Assembly (NCBI GenBank): GCA_049724395.1
Contig: JAUGWO010000102.1
Coordinates: 124,001 to 188,000 of the forward strand
Direction: 5' to 3'
Length of the DNA stretch: 64,000 bases
Origin: Spongospora subterranea f. sp. subterranea
Lineage: Eukaryota
Under the pieces are notes generated by a model. It searched no databases. It was not told the origin of the DNA and saw only the letters and a list, made by a program, of their open reading frames with translations. Both the position numbers and the translations under genes were made by a program. How positions within the stretch are numbered: position 1 is the stretch's first letter; every line of letters begins with the position of its first letter. Of this stretch, positions 62,380 through 64,000 are shown in pieces.

Positions 62380-64000
62380 CTAGCATTTCCCAGTTTGACC
62401 TCGCAGTGACTCGATTTTTAAAAGACAACGGCGTCTTTGAATTGAGCTAGTCAATCCCAGCTCTTCAAGGTCGTCTTCCTTGAGTGCCAACAATAATGCA
62501 CCTGAATAAGTAGAGTTCAGTTTATCTAAGCTAGACTGAACGCTCGACAAGATTTTACCATCGACATCGTTTAATCGCAAATTGGCCAAGAACGCTGACC
62601 CTGCAGATTCGGTCGTATAAAAGCGAGACGCCCAGCGACAGGTATCTTCCACATCCCACGTAGCAACAGGCTTGTTACTCGGTCCTATGGATGGACGACG
62701 CATTCCAGTCGGTTGAGATGGAGCGGCAACAACAATATCTTGGCGATTCGTCACTTCCTTCGTCGGCAGAGTTATCGTGTTGGAGACGGTTGGAGGCTGC
62801 TGCCGTTGGCCGCCATCTGTTATGCGCTTTGGTTCAGTGAGGATTTCTTGACCCGTTGACGCTAATGAAGATCCCGATGTCACCAACTGGGATTTCGAAT
62901 TCAAAGACGACCACACTTGATCAACAATACCTGCACCATGAACACTTAGCTGTATAAACACCAAACGCATGACCCAGGACACCGACTTTCTAGTTTGTCA
63001 TCGAGCTTGACCGCCATTCTGAGATCCTTGCTGGCGCTTGTGGCCGTGGTTGAGAGTCGAGAACGAGCTAATCCTCTGAGGAACCATAGATGTGCGATAT
63101 CCGGCCAAGTTTCAATAGCAAGGGAACAGATAGTGATCGCATCATCATAGTCCCCGCAAAGGCAAAACGTCACAGCTCTTATCATGAAAGCGATCGCTGC
63201 TTCCGGCGACTCCCTTGCGGTTAGCTCTAAAATAACACTTGTCATCCTGATGTAACTTTGGCGACCGATTGACTCAAAACTACCTAATACTCGTTGGGAA
63301 TCTTGAATGGCGCCGTTGAAATTCCCCTGACGCAGATAGGCGATAGATCTGGTCAGCATCGCAGTCGTCATATCCTCGTTCATATCGATTGCACGTGATG
63401 ACTCCTTGATAGCGTCCCTACCACAAAATATGCATCAGCGAACACATCATAGATGACAAGCGACGCTCGTACTCGTATCGTCCCTGTAATCGCCTGACAG
63501 CAGCAATGGCGGCAAAAGTAGCCGCATCCGGTTTTTTCAGCGTTTGTGCTGACTCCAAAATCTGAACCGCCTCGTCGAACCGGCCCGCTGAGCTAAGAAT
63601 GTACGCCGCTTTGACCCGTAAACTATGCTGGGACGGATCTTTTTCTAGGGCCGCTAGGAGATCGTCTGCAGATGAATCAAGATCGTGATGCTGAAAATGC
63701 ACAAAACTCCTGTTGATCAGGCCTGTAATCCCTTTTGCGTCCATCTGGATAGCTCTGTTCATGTCAAACAGCGACTCGTTTACTCGTCCAAGCTCTGAGA
63801 AGATGATTCCTCGGTTGATTATCACTTCAAAAGGGGGATTTTCTGTGGCCATTGCTCAGTGTCAATCGACTATGCGGTGACTCACAAACCTGTAAGCTCA
63901 ATAGCATCATTTAGGTCCTCTAAGGCTTTCTCCCGTTGGGATAACGCTTTGAAAATAGCCGCTCTCCATGATAGCGCCATGACCTTTGTCATGGCAGACT
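62380..64000 (-). CDS. TPR-repeat protein with C-terminal SAM domain (5' part outside window)
   Basis: TPR helices (NRG…ELGR…DMNRAIQMD), SAM VATWDVEDTCRW…DVDG…LLLAL.EDDLEELGL. Confidence 0.85.

Overview
Compact eukaryotic nuclear DNA with about 30 densely packed protein genes, most interrupted by short (mostly ~50-80 nt) GT-AG introns, with some intergenic gaps under 50 bp. Cilium/centriole-associated genes (RAB28, CSTPP1-like, WDR62/MAPKBP1-like) suggest a flagellated protist; a plasmodiophorid/rhizarian is plausible but is inference only. Housekeeping genes include DCTPP1, SELENOF (Cys form), RNASEH2C, SRP19, SART1, epsin, MRPS16, BiP, VPS11, sulfite oxidase, TMEM18, MRNIP, a GT64 enzyme, RBM22, a calmodulin-like protein, eIF4G, an ANTH protein and a TPR-SAM protein. 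Between them lie decayed gene relics, three foldback/MITE-like elements and a 15-bp minisatellite. No rRNA, tRNA or CRISPR array was seen. Most notable: an ICE2/NARG2-like protein fused to tandem CCCH fingers; a pair of unannotated paralogs with a shared intron and repeated K-x-x-x-[VIM]-[FL]-G motifs; an eIF4G with PAM2-like repeats and a duplicated eIF4E-binding motif; an intronless, frameshifted PQGL-type P2C ATPase; and evidence of Tc1/mariner excision footprints (TA-CAG-TA). Gene boundaries were spliced by eye and family calls are from recalled motifs, not database searches.
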